Assembly (NCBI GenBank): GCA_052426225.1
Contig: JBNJNM010000015.1
Location: forward strand, 1,488,001-1,552,000
Source of the DNA: Zancudomyces culisetae HAW-14-8
Lineage: Eukaryota > Fungi > Kickxellomycota
DNA length: 64,000 nt
Direction: 5' to 3'
Under the pieces are notes generated by a model. The model was given only the letters and a program-made list of their open reading frames with translations. It was not told the DNA's origin and did not search any database. Position 1 is the first letter of the stretch; every line of letters starts with the position of its first letter. Positions 37,730 through 52,700 of this stretch are shown in pieces. A program made the translations under genes and the position numbers.

Positions 37730-40009
37730 TTAAAATGCATCTTCAAATAACTCAAAGTGGTTCCCTCGTGGTTTAAAATGCACGGATACATGTGGAACAC
37801 TAGAACCAATTGCTTTTCCGGCGTAGAATCTATTTCCTGTAATTGAATGAAGCATTAGGCGATTGTTTTTGTTAGCGGTACTCCTTCCTGGTAGGATTTC
37901 GTATTTTCTGACCAACAAAACTATAACCATTTTGGTTAGCGCCAAGCTATATTCCTGAGCAAAATGTACATTTGATCCATAAATCCACATAAGGTTGTTG
38001 TGGAATTCATCTACAAGGCCAGAATCTAGGCCTAGTTGTCGGTGGTAATCAAACTCAAACAGTGAGGATCCAAACACGTCATTAAACCGGTTATGAGTAT
38101 AAGTGTTAAAATATACGTATTGGTCTTTTGGTATTGTAACGCCATTTGACAAGACTACTTTCTTGTTGGTGTATCTTTGTGTATTTGCTATTTACATTTA
38201 AAAAATATCGTAATATATCAGTATATTGCATCCACAAAATGTTATAGAACCCTAAACTGTGCTATGTTCGTAACTCAATAAGACGATAATCACGTTGGTT
38301 GGACTTACCATAATTCGTAGATAACCTAACAGATTCTTTAATAACTGCGTCTAAAATAGGCATTTTCTCTAAAGTTGCCAAGTTAATACTGTAGCCGTGC
38401 TCGCTCACTACCTTGTGTTGCTCCTCTTTAAGATCCCTATACACACCGTCCCTAATCGAGATATCTATTAACACTGTGTATATCATTGATGTTACAAGTT
38501 TTATCGCCAGACTTATCGAAAGCAAAATCGAGTCACAAATTGCATTTTTGTTGTTCATGTCAAATTTGTCTGTGTTTTCAATCATATACTGAACCGAATC
38601 CCGTGGTGAATCGTATTCAGGATATATCTCTCGCCTTTTTATTTCGTATCGCACATATTTTTCGAATATTTTTCTCTGAATAAACTTTCGTGTCCACATG
38701 AATGGGTATAGCGTCATTAATTTCTTAATATAAAATCCGTTTCCTCTCTGCTCTGAATTAACATCGGATACAATACCACGAATAGAATCTTTTAGTTCCT
38801 TGTTTAAAAGTACAACCTATGTTTACCAAATTTATAAATTTATATCAACTACCAAATTATAAAATTCTATGCTTCAAGATGCTTATAATAACACCATCCA
38901 CGCTCTTTATTCTCCTACCTTTCCCAAAAACCTGTGTGAAACTGCATTGACTAAAAAGTGCTGGATAAACGAATTTAAATTTACAACCGAAAATCCTAAT
39001 CCACTTTTAAACCCATAGGTTCTAACCGCCTTGTCGATATCCACTTCCACTACAGAACTGCAAACCTCGATAGATTCTGATAAATCCACCAAGTAAGTAA
39101 ATTGCGATAGTTCCTTTATGTTCTCTGAGTCAAATTTCTCGTTTCCAAGCATCGCTGTATAACTTGAAAACTCCTACAGGTAAACAATAAATATCAGTGT
39201 TAGCACACTCCATCTCCGCACATACACGCTAATAACCTTTTTCTTTATATTGATTTTTTTCTACGTAATTATTACCTGTATACTTGACTTTAATCTACTA
39301 AATACATTTTCAGGAAATGAATAATACTCGTTAAAAAATCTTCCCCCAACTAAAAAGTGATCGTTCCCTTTGGCTGCTTTTACCACTTGGTTATTCTATT
39401 TGTGTATTGTTAAAAATAATAACTTAGATATCTGTATCGCATTAACATACCACAAACCTCGACTAGTAACTGTAACTTACTATAGTGTCCAGCAACTCGT
39501 AGTTCGACACTTCTACTGAATATTCACTACTTTTTAGCACCGGTGGGTCTATGTCCTATTTTTGGGGAGATAAACATCACAGTATTGTTAAATAAATCTG
39601 TCGCATCTATTAACTCTATCCTCCTTTACCGCTTCTCACCTCACTTTCTCTGATAATACTAATGTACTACACTACTGAATGAGCTATCGTTAAATAAAAT
39701 AATAATTACCCGCAGGCCATATGAAATCGCGAGTTCTTTGATAGACTCCTTCATTATTAAGGTTATGAATCTGCATATCACCGCTACCTTAACCAGATAC
39801 AAGGATTTGTCAAATATTCTTTCTATACTGTTCTCATTGTCTATAATTAGACTCTTTATTTGTCTCAGCACATATAGCAATAGAAATGAAAGAGTAACTC
39901 CACACACAGTACTTCTGTATTCAAGTATCATTTTCATGCATTTAGCTATCCTTGAGTATCCTCGAGAATGAAGAAACCTCCATTTGAAAGCTTCCGTAGG
40001 TGTCACCAT
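37730..40009 (-). CDS. Cytochrome P450-fold protein (571 aa) with His in place of the axial Cys
   Basis: Exons 40009..39710, 39555..39481, 39395..39276, 39173..38919, 38816..38309 and 38187..37730 splice without stops. Motifs: LKEEQ..V, KMPILDAVIKESVRL (ExxR), LSNGVTIPKD, FDYHR (PERF-like) and heme-loop equivalent WIYGSNVHFAQEYS. Confidence 0.85.
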
Positions 40010-43000
40010 ACCAATTTTTTTTAATGCTACTTTTTCCTCGTTTTATATATGTATTAAACTATTTTTGTAGTATCGGAGGAGGAAAATTGACGATTCGGGT
40101 CTTTTCTGATATCAGAATCTTTGTATAAACCACCCTTCTCTACTCCTATTCTAGCTTAATTTATTGAGCTGTGGAACTGATTTGTCAGAAAATTCGCATT
40201 TATGATTCTTCTTCGCCGTCCTATTTACTATTGCGACGAATAAATACTGTTTTCATTAGAGAAATACTGTTATTCTCATTAATAGCACCGCTTTATATCA
40301 ATATTAGTCGAATAAAATCCGTGCCTTTTTTTTTGGTTAGAAGGTTGGCTCTACCAAATATCAGTGTTTATGTATTATAATGTTGATTTAGTGATAGATC
40401 TCGCTTTTTCTAAGATTATCTATCCTTTATACACAAGCTTAGACACTCTTAAACTCTTATATTATAAAATGTATTGAACTGTGCAGGTATTTTTTCTAAT
40501 TTTTTTTTCTAGTTTTATGTCTATATCCACAATTATATCACACCGAGGATTTATTTTGACAAAAAATTAGGAATTTTGGTTTTTTATGTTGCCATGCAAT
40601 TTTGCAGAAATACAAAAAATAAATCACAAACACTTGTCTAATCTCACAAATTCCCGTTATTCTTGAATTACAAGTGCAAACTAGTGAATAAAAGCGCAAA
40701 ACAGTAAAAAAAAAAAAAAGTTTTGCCAATGTGATATACTGTTTCTCCCCAGTCTTTTCTATATTTTTTTTTGGAATCAAACCCAAAATCTAAGTGTTCT
40801 CAGACACCATACTTATCATAATAACTACAAAACGTTACCGGATATTGAATTTTTAAAAAAACCGAAAATACAAAAAAAATCCTATATATGATGATGCCAC
40901 ATAACTCAGAAGTTCTAATGTAACAGTAATATTCGAAGATGTGGAGGGAATGGAGACATATATTTGAGATTATCACTTTACAAAATACTCTAGAAATAGT
41001 GGTAAATGTGTAAACCGCCAATTCCATATATGTCCAGTTATATGCCTCATGCAATTTTATTGTTCTCACTTGGCAGCTTTTGAAAAAAACGGGTCATTCT
41101 ATTTTCATTTTATCCCCCACTCACCCCACTCACCCCACTCGGGTCACTCAGTTCAATCAGTTATGATATTTTCACTTTTTCATATGCGTAAATCTTGTAT
41201 TTTATTTTATTTTATTTTTGTGCACCATCATGAAGTCTAAAAATGGTACTTTGACACTATTCACGACTGTTCTATTTTCTTTTCTGGTTATATACTTGAT
41301 TACAAAAATTCCCACCAACAATGCGTTCAAGTGTGTTCAAACTATTTACGCCTCATGAATTATTAAGGCTAAAAATATAAAAGAACAAAGATCTTTTTCC
41401 GATGATTAACCAATTCCAAAGATTATTACTCCTCACCAAAATCTCTTATTTCAAATATTCCACCTCATCTTACCTCTACTTTTTATTTTTAGCGTCTTAC
41501 CTTTTTTGATCTACCTAAGCAGCTCATCTCCGTTTATTTCCTCCATTAATTCTAACTTTTCTTCAGTTTTGCATGACGTACAAAAAAAAAAAAGATTACA
41601 ACACCGTAGTATTCAGGTAGATTCATCTTTAGTAGAACTGCCACTGATTGGCCTCACTGTTTTATTCTGGATCTCGCTACATCACGCTTTTAAAAAAAAT
41701 TATCCACTCTTCATTTACTAATTAGCTAATTAATTTACCATAGAAGAAATGAAAATCTATGAAAGAATTTACCTGGAAAAAAGTTGAAAACAAGTGAAAA
41801 GACCACAGATACGCTTTCATTTAAAACGTTCCTATTGCTCAGCAAAAGCAAAATAACCACTTCAAGCTGTTTTGAAATTAAAATTAAGGGTGCACACCAG
41901 CATATACAGAAAACGCGCATACGCCTTATCCGGGCCACAGATGTCAACCCAGCCAACTTTTAGTACACATAATACGTTAATATGCAAAGTGGTCATGGTA
42001 AACCATGGTTTATGACTTAACCTTTGCTCAAAGAATCCTGGAGTATGTTAACGCGTTCAAGGCTGGGTTCTTACCACAACCCACGGGGTTTAAGGTTATT
42101 TTTTTGCTCACATTGAATGGAAGTAGCTTACAAAAATGTAGGAGGTGTGTAAATTATTTTTTTGTTGGTGGAACGGGTGTATTTGATTATATTAGGCCTC
42201 ACAATGCGTTTTCCCTTTTTTTTACCCCAAAGTTACGCATTCTAATAATTGTATGCTCGGGAATCGAGAGCAGTGATCTACCAGACAAGAAAGTGATATA
42301 ACGGATTACCCATCATATGTATATTCTGAACTGGAAGTATGAAACCTTTCAAACAAATGAGTGTAAATGATTATTGGTCACCTTTACATTCCCATTTACG
42401 TTCCTCATCTTTCTATCATCCCACCCCCACTATTTACATTCAAACATCAAGAGTTAAAAAAGCATATACAGTACTGGTTAGATTGAAAAGTAAATCGCAC
42501 GCCTTATTGATATAAACTCTCGAGAATAGTCGGATTACTATAACTTTAGGCTGACAAGTAATTTAACTCCTTTTTTCAGATAACGACCACTTCTATTTTG
42601 AGACCTTGAGTGCATCTAATAAGATACCTTAAACAGACATGAAATACAATGTTTTCTCTGCTTATATATGTATAGGAACAATGCTGACTGGATATCAACT
42701 GAGTCAATTTTCGTTCACAGGTATTCTCATTATTGTTGGTACTACGATTTACGCTGCTTTGAGCAAATGAAACAATACCTACTCCTTTTTACCAAGAGAT
42801 ACATTTCGCTTGTTTTAGTGGGTACATACTGCACCTCATCATGCTCACATCCAAATTGGTTAAAGTTATTGACAATTTGCCATTATTTTTTTAATTCTCA
42901 AGGATTTTACAAAAAAATTACTAGATTATTTCTATTTTTTTTACTATTTATCATTTTAATTTTTATAAAACTCTATTATAATTTGCCCTTCCCATATCCT

Positions 43001-46000
43001 GTTTAACCCTGTTTAGACAAATAGTAAAGGCCTGTTTTTAAATTTTGGCATTTTTTATTATTTTTTGTCTAAAATATTGTTGATTCAAAAAGGGGTGGTT
43101 GCTAACCAAACAAGTCAGCAAATGCAAACGAAGCCAAATTTAGAGGTTCTAAAGAATAAATTGACGTTCTAGACTCATTTTGCATTTTTTTTTATTCAAA
43201 AATTTTGTTTTTCGTAGGTTACTAAAAACTAACATTCATTACCCTTTTTTTACTTTTCGTTACATCATTTTTTTAAAAAATAATGAATAAGATGGGTCCA
43301 TCAATTGGAAACTCATAAATCTGCGGGAAAAAATTATGGGATTTTATGAAAATTTTCAAATCGGCCTAAAGGAACCTGACTTTATTTTCTAGAGCAACAA
43401 ATGGTTTAGTAATGTTTGTGTTGGTTCTTCCCGAAATATACCTGCGCTTCTCTTTAATTCATTAATAAATCTTTGCAAAACTTTTGCAACAGCTAAACTC
43501 ATTCCTGTCCCTCAGAAGCTTAGGTGTTTTAGTGCTACCATCCGACTTTAAGGCATTAAAATAGTAAAGGTTTTCTAGTGGTATTTGCAACAAAATACGA
43601 ACATTAAAGTTGAAATATATTTTCATTATTGTTAGAACCTTAGCAATAGTAAATACCCATGTTAATACAGGGAAACTGATTGTGTACACCAGCCGAAATG
43701 CATATAATTTTTTATCCACACTTTCTCAAACTTCCAGACATCGAGAAAAGAGTAACATGCTTAGGTGGCCGTCTTTATCAGAACAGATGACTTTTTTTGG
43801 GGTGAGATATCTCCGAGTATAACCTTACCAGTACAAACATAGTATATATTATACCTTATTTTCACTTTTCTTCGACTCGTATAATAGTCATTTCTGCCAC
43901 AATTTACGTTTGCCATTCCTGTATTATACTTTTAAATCATTTGAAACCCAGATTCTATTAAATCAGTATAGTATGGTAACCAATTATGACATATTTCGGG
44001 AAGAAAATGTTCTATTTACAATATCAAACGGATTTATACAAGACTTTCAAATCTAATTAATAGTTAGAATTTTATTCTGATATAAGGATGTCTTTAAACA
44101 TCTTTTACCGCTTGTTAAAACTACACAAAAAGTATCATTGTATCGGTAAATTTGCGCGCGCTAAGGTTGGTAAAAAAGTTGATAAAAAAGGGAAACCAAT
44201 ATTTATTAATTTTCTCTTATTTTTATTCCGAGTCATTCCCTTGTACACGTAAGCTCATAACTCTATAGCAAAGAAATGCGCCAGTATGGTTTGAATGTCA
44301 CTATGATGATGACAAGTGTGTAGGGTGACTGTAACTGCAGTTGTAACAGTGATGATAATGATAATGATAACGATGATAAAAATAAAAATAAGAATATTTG
44401 CAAAACCATAGGTAACCTCATCTAAACCACATTTTAGAACCTGTGCCAGGACCAAGATGTATACTGTCATTACTATTCAGACTTCACCAAAAATTGACGC
44501 CAATTCTTTCAAACTTTTACCCCTTGGCTTTTTTTGGACTATGTATTTACCAGCAGTTTTGTTCAACTTTGACCCAAACTGTAAATGCTATACAAATACG
44601 TAAGGTTCGGAAAAATGGGTGGGTTTAAAGAGATTTAATAAAACCGTACGTATAATCAAAAAACCGAATCTAGGTTCATCACAATAGCACACAAATCGAA
44701 CCTAATGCACAGATAATTACATAACTTTATATTTGATTAACAGTGTGCATTTTTGTTTGCATAGTGACAGAGATGGTTGAGTATGCTAAAGATTAGCCTA
44801 TTTTTATTGCACATTTTCAGGCTGTTCGTAGTGTCCTATGTAATTGGTTGGGAATGTATGCTTTTCTTCAAAGGGTGGGAAGGGTAAGACTCAAAGTCTT
44901 TTATTAATGAGGCCTAAAATTTAGTTTTTACTTGTTGGTATTTAAGGTCCGCTTAGTCCAAAGCGATTTTTTGTTTTTGGGGAGTCTTCCTTCACATTTT
45001 ATATGTAATAATTTGGGTTAGGAATGTGTGATAGCCAAGTAAAGATTTTCTAGCACATTTCCCTTTACGAAACCACAGATAACCATAACCAGCACTGATT
45101 GTTTTGCAACAATTTCGGAAAAAGTGGAATGTTTTAAAAGGCTTCCGCCTAGTCGTGGGGAGGATATTTTAAACATATACTATTCTAGATATGGTGTGTA
45201 AATCGAAGGCCGTATAATATGGAATATGCGTGATTCTGAAGAGTTTGAATTCAAGTTGCTGGAATGTATAGTACATAACTGGTAAAAGATATACATAGTT
45301 TTTTGTAGAGCTCGGTTATAAAACACCAATTATAGTGTAAGTTTCGTACACAGGAAAGGTAAAATATCCCACAAAGTTTGATAAAAGACAATGTCAAGTA
45401 GTGAGCAAATACAGTTGAATAAGTCTTTTGAAAAAAAGATAAATATATATAAATATAAATATATACTTAAACATATTTAGTTGTCACACAACTCTCCAGG
45501 TATCTGAACTGTGAATGCTTCTCGCTTTGCATTGACTTTTATATGTATAAGATACCTCTCCTTAACGGGTTGTAAATATTTATTACAGTAACTTGTCCTG
45601 AGAATCATGTTTACATCGAAAATAACCAATATGTAAACTGTGCAACTATCATTATTGAGGTTGTAATGGCAGACCTCATACCATAATAGTTTTTTAGTAT
45701 TATTATTACTATTATTGTATTTCTTTGTTTTATATTTTGAAATGGGGCTGAAAAATGATAATACTATTTATCGGCTGATTCGATCCATTTTCTTTTTAAA
45801 CCAAATGAAAGCCAGTTAATAAGAAAATAGAGCAACTATATATTTCATACAGTTTACCCATCTTGGATTGTGTAATTTTTGGATTTTTCAAACATTAATA
45901 GTATTTAACTTGTTGCTGGTGTTTACGGTATGCAAGATTACAGAAAAAAAGCTGGTGATACTACTTTTCACTTATCCACTACCTTTATCTGAGCCAGAAA

Positions 46001-47033
46001 ACGAGTGCCATTGTAACACTAGAGGTTGGCTAAAAGATTCACTTGATTTTTCTTAACATGCACATGCATTTTCAAATCCTGCAGCTAAAAGCAGCTATAT
46101 ACTAATGTGGAATAAAAATGCAAAAAAAGAATACACTCGGGATTTGTTTACGCACCACATAGAATTAGAGAATGAACACTGGATTTTGAGTTTTCAGTGA
46201 ATACAGATAAATTCTCAAAGCACGTAGAGAAAAAGTATAACGACGAAAATAACTAGTTTGCCCAAAATTATTGCAAGTCAAGAGAAATCCTGTTTCTTAG
46301 CACCTCTGTTTATAAAGCCGAGCAATTAGGTGAAAATGAATGCAATGTACATTAAAAAAATTTGTTGTTTAGCTAAATTTCATCAACAATCCAACCCGAA
46401 AACAATAAACGAGCCAACATTTTTGTATGAAAATAAATCTTGGCTAGCAAAGGCATTTATATCTCTTAGGGAGAGGACTGCATTTTTTAAATGTGATATT
46501 TGGGAAATGCAAAAAAAAAAAATGTTGCATTACAGAAAGGTAAATACACCGAATCCCTTGGCTTACCAATAGCGATTGTAATAGAAAATGAGTTATCAAA
46601 TAGGGTAGCTCATAGCTGAATTTATAGGATCCTACATTAGTGCATAAAAATGGGATGAGGATACCAAAAAGTAAACTGGATAAAATAAAATAAAATTAAT
46701 GAGCAAATTAAACACCATAAAATGCAAATTGGGGGCAGGATATAATGCAATGAATTAAAAGCCAGTTAGCTTTTCTATAAGGATTTCACAAAGATTTTTC
46801 AAAGCTTTATAACAGTAAAACGTATATTAATTAGCGCTTCATTCTCAAACCGAAACTCAGGATAGAAGCGCAAGGGAAGTGACTATATAGTCGGGGACAA
46901 AGGAAATCACGGACATAAATCGACCAAAAAAAGAACAATATTTTGAGAATATAGAATAACAACAACAACAATATTAGTAATACGCACAAACCAAAAGGAA
47001 GCAAAAGGCAAAATCCCATCTAGAAAAAGTAAA

Positions 47034-48465
<1,432 letters not shown>

Positions 48466-48723
48466 CCGCAACTTAACAAGCAACAATAATTCTCTCCTTA
48501 AGAATGACACCTATATCTAATTAAACTTATTCTCTTTATTCATTATTATTTTCATTTCATTTTCGTATAGGCTTTAATCCAAGTAGTAATATTTGTATTT
48601 TATTATGCCAAAATACCATCTATGTCTTTAAATTATTTTGCGTGAGATTTAAGAAATTCAAATAAACAAAAATAGGAAGGGAATATCGAAGAGAATAACA
48701 AAATGCAGAATGTGAGAGCAGCT

Positions 48724-49764
48724 TTAAGCCACACATCCATAATGTTTCTGGTATAGATTAAATAACCAAGTTTGTTGAACAATATTAAGTGAACCTTGAC
48801 GCGTAGCTTGATGAGTTATTTTTGTATTGCGTTGTTTAGGCTTTATAACAAGAAGTGAGTCTACATATCTGTTGCTGTGATTTTTTAGTTCATTCGTCGT
48901 CGCAAATGGCAAAAATTCGCATTCATTATCCCCAATGTCAAATAGTGGAGCCAAAAAGTTATTTTCTACTGGTTTATCCTCGTAAAACGATGTTTTTTTC
49001 GTCTCTTTATGGTGTGCCAAGACGTAGGGGCTTTTGCTCTTCAATGAAGAATACTTTGAAACTTTATTTCGATGTTTGATATAAACCTGCTTTTGTCTTT
49101 TTTTAATTATTAATGAGGTTAGCAAATTTGGTTGTTCAACTGAATATATTCCATAGCAGTCTTTACCAGAGACTTTAAGTTGTCTTCTTTTGGCTCGGTT
49201 GTAGGACAGTTTATCGAGAGTACTTATTAGAGTTTTTATCCCGACGCTATTTTTTAGTTTTTCGATGGCGTCAAATACAGTTTTTTTGTTTTGAGTATTC
49301 TCATTTGTTTCGTTCTAATGTTTGCACCAAGTTTACGTTAGTCTTGTTAAATAAAGATCCACACAGTATAAAAAACAAAGTCACAAATATATGATCATTA
49401 CCTTTGTATCACTGTCTTTCTTTAATAACTTATCAAGTAGCCCCTCTAAATCATCCTATTTAACAAATAAACATAGTTTTATTATATGATACATACACAA
49501 GTACATAGATTAAAAAACAAAAAAGAGTCTTACTCTTCTTACCTCTGGGCTAAATACGCGTTCATATATTTTTATCAGTTCATTTCCTCTTATAGAATAT
49601 TGATTAGTTCCGAGTTTTATACCTATCCGCCTCAACCATATATACATCGATGTGACAAGTGCTATCATTAAAGAGACACCCAGCACAAGAAGCACATATT
49701 GTTTGGGTCGTAAGTTTTCTATGCTCTCCACCCGGAATGAATCCAGGCGTCTAATTAATCCCAT
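48724..49764 (-). CDS. Hypothetical single-pass membrane protein (about 288 aa), lineage-specific
   Basis: Exons 49764..49543, 49455..49402 and 49314..48724 join in frame via canonical introns. One N-terminal hydrophobic helix, then a basic tail; no recognised domain. Confidence 0.65.
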
Positions 49765-52700
49765 TATACTCTATATTCACCTCTGTTGCTTCTTTCTTCT
49801 TCTTTGTTAATACACTGCCGATTTTACCATGCACACCTATTAAATTTCAATAAAAGTAACCCTTAGTATACGTTTCCTTCAATAAAAACATCCATACAGG
49901 AATGGCCAAACAATATCGTATAAAATTTTTTGCGGGTCCTCGAAAAATGCTTTTCATTATATTGCTCTCTTGTACTTATAATATCGCTAGTATCCCCGCT
50001 GTAATAGAAAAAAGTCGATCCTTTACTCGTCTATAGTTCTCGGTAAAGGCAACTTTAAAATATTCCTACCTTAAAAAACACCTCGGTTTTCTGTATTTTA
50101 CTCTTAAGGTGGGCAAAAGAATTGTTATATAAGCAATGATAAAACCTCCAGGATTTCCGTAAAAGTCCTTTTAAAAGTAAGTCTAAGAAGCTATGATGGC
50201 CAAAATAAGGAGGTATGTTAATAAAAAGCCAACTTTCTTTCTAGCTCTTTGAAATGTATTTTTACTCTATATACTAACAAAAAAAAGTGCTGATTGAACC
50301 TTGTTTTTTATTTATAAACTTCTCGTCAATTAAGCTGACCCAAAGTTTCTTATTACTTTTCTTCACACATTTAAAAATTGATTTTTATCGACATTTTTAT
50401 CACACTATTGTTGCCATTATTTGTAAATAAATAAATGAATGAATGAATGAATAGCAGTAAAAAAAAAACATTTTTTCAAGTCTTTTGAAATAATGCAGGC
50501 CTATCCAAAAAATAGCTATGCTGCGATGGAAAGACAGCCCGAGAACAAAAATTTTTTTTTATTAATCATGCTGAAATATTCAAAGCTATTGTATTAGTGG
50601 GCTTTTATCTAAGCATCAGGATGAATAAGGCCACAACTTGAGAATTTTCATTTTTCTATCTAAAAGAGGTAAAATCAATCATGTGAATAATTGCTGCCCA
50701 CCCATCGCGCTTCTTCAAAAAAAATAAAAATAAAAATAAAAAATACAGGTTTTTATTTTAGCGTAAAAAAATGGACCAATGTTGCACACTTTTAGCAAAG
50801 CTGAATATGAGCTTTGCTTTTCTAGGACTATTCTAGCTCCTTTTTGGTCCAACAACAAAAAGAACAATTATAATTTATACGCTAAAATGATAAAGTGACC
50901 AAAGTTCCTTTTCCTAGGAAAATCGTTTTTAATATTTTTTCCAAGTTTAATCAACAATTCATAGAGCCAATAAAAGGCTCGCTTAATTGTTCAACATGTT
51001 GCTAGCCAAAAAGCAATACTCACTCATCCAATGGTAGGGTAATTTCCTTCATTAAGCAAGTTGCTCCTAAATTCCAACACTTTTGTTTCCATGTTCATTT
51101 ATGGTTTCTCAGTTTTTTTTTTCGATACAGCGTTTTTGTTTAAAATCAACCAGCTATTCAAAAAGTAAATTAAAAACACTCTAGTTGATTGTGCACACTC
51201 TTCAGCAGTTTTGCACAACAATACATGCCAGTGTTTCGCAGAAGCAAACCCATCTCAAATATTGTCTTTATTTGAACTTGGGCATTTTCTAGCTATTTTT
51301 TTAAAATTAAAAGCACTGTGCTTCATTGTGCTTCAAATTAATTTGATATTCTGATTAGTTTTTAATTGTGTTGATTTTGATGTGCAAACCTCTCAGCTCG
51401 CAGATAGCTTTGGCATAATAAATTATAAAGCATCGAGAAAATCGAATGCTCTCTGAGTTGCAAATTAGGTGAAGCCAAAACAACCTCGATGCGAATCTTT
51501 TTTTCGAAACTTTAACTTGTGCTGAGGTGCTGGGAAATATACAAGGCAATGTTTCTACTTATTTTCAAAAGATAAAAGTAGTTTTTTTTTTGTAATTTTA
51601 TTTTATTTTAAATAATGAGTATATTCAAAAAATAGATTGAGAAAATCAGCATGCTGGGAGGAGCAAGGTAGATTAACTATGATATTCTGTCAAGCACACT
51701 AAAATAATATACAAAAAATACCGTTTGCTCTTCAAATACACACTCCCTTTTGTATGGGGTAAGAAAAAAAATAAAGAATTACAACAAATACAACATTGCC
51801 TTTTCAAGATAGTTATAGATAAAAATACAAGGTTTGTTTTTCATAAACGTTTAGTGTGTAACCTCTACGGTTTGCAGCAGCATTCCCTGCCCCAACTGTT
51901 TTGATACACTTGTAGTAAAAAATATTAATACCTCCAAGAGTTTACTGGCGATGCTCTTGAATTTAAATATCACATGTGCAAACCGATTTTAAAACCAAAA
52001 ACCAAAACTTTTGGTAAAAGATGCAGCTTTTTTTTTCATACCCATCTGTAAAACCAGGCGAATGTGTTGTGGTGGTCAACTGCTTCCTCTCCCTGAAATT
52101 ATTATATACTAACCACACCATCACATGCTGTAGCATTATTTATCCCATACCATTCAATCCATATTTATTTCCCTGGGAGTATTTCAGTTCTTCAATTGGA
52201 AGGTCATTTGACGTCTGAAGTATAACATGGGTGGTATTTTCAATACTATGTTGGACAAATGACCAACTTCTCTTAAAGATACTCAAATTGAGGTGCAACA
52301 CACCGCCTTTGTATTACTAGCGGTGAAAAAAGTATTTAGGATATACAACTGCTTTTTTCTTACTTTTAAATCACAAAAAATTGTAAAGACAGAAAAATAT
52401 CAGTATGTATTCTAAAAGTTCATGCTATGACAGCCCCAACCATGAGCGGAGAGTGCTATATATTTATTTTTTATTTTTGAAAATATATGTACATATACAC
52501 TCCTACGCGTGTTAAACACACGCTTTCAACCCCCTTTTGTTTCCAGATGATCAAGGTGGATATAATGTTTTATGCTATCCTGCTACCTCATACTGATCCT
52601 ACAAGTCAGAAAAAATGAGTACACTGAAAATAGATAGATGCAAGCACAGATAGGTCCGTGTGTATAAATAGACAACAAACAAAATTAATCAAAAGAGGCG

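Noticed and set aside
41744-41963. Frame with an internal TGA and SCFEIKIKG, faintly Rdx/SelW-like
   Set aside because: No CxxU motif, no start context and no downstream SECIS.
50070-50150. ATATTCCTA, the snR30/U17 m1 motif
   Set aside because: No AAACCAT m2 motif or properly placed ACA box; more likely a minus-strand splice donor context.
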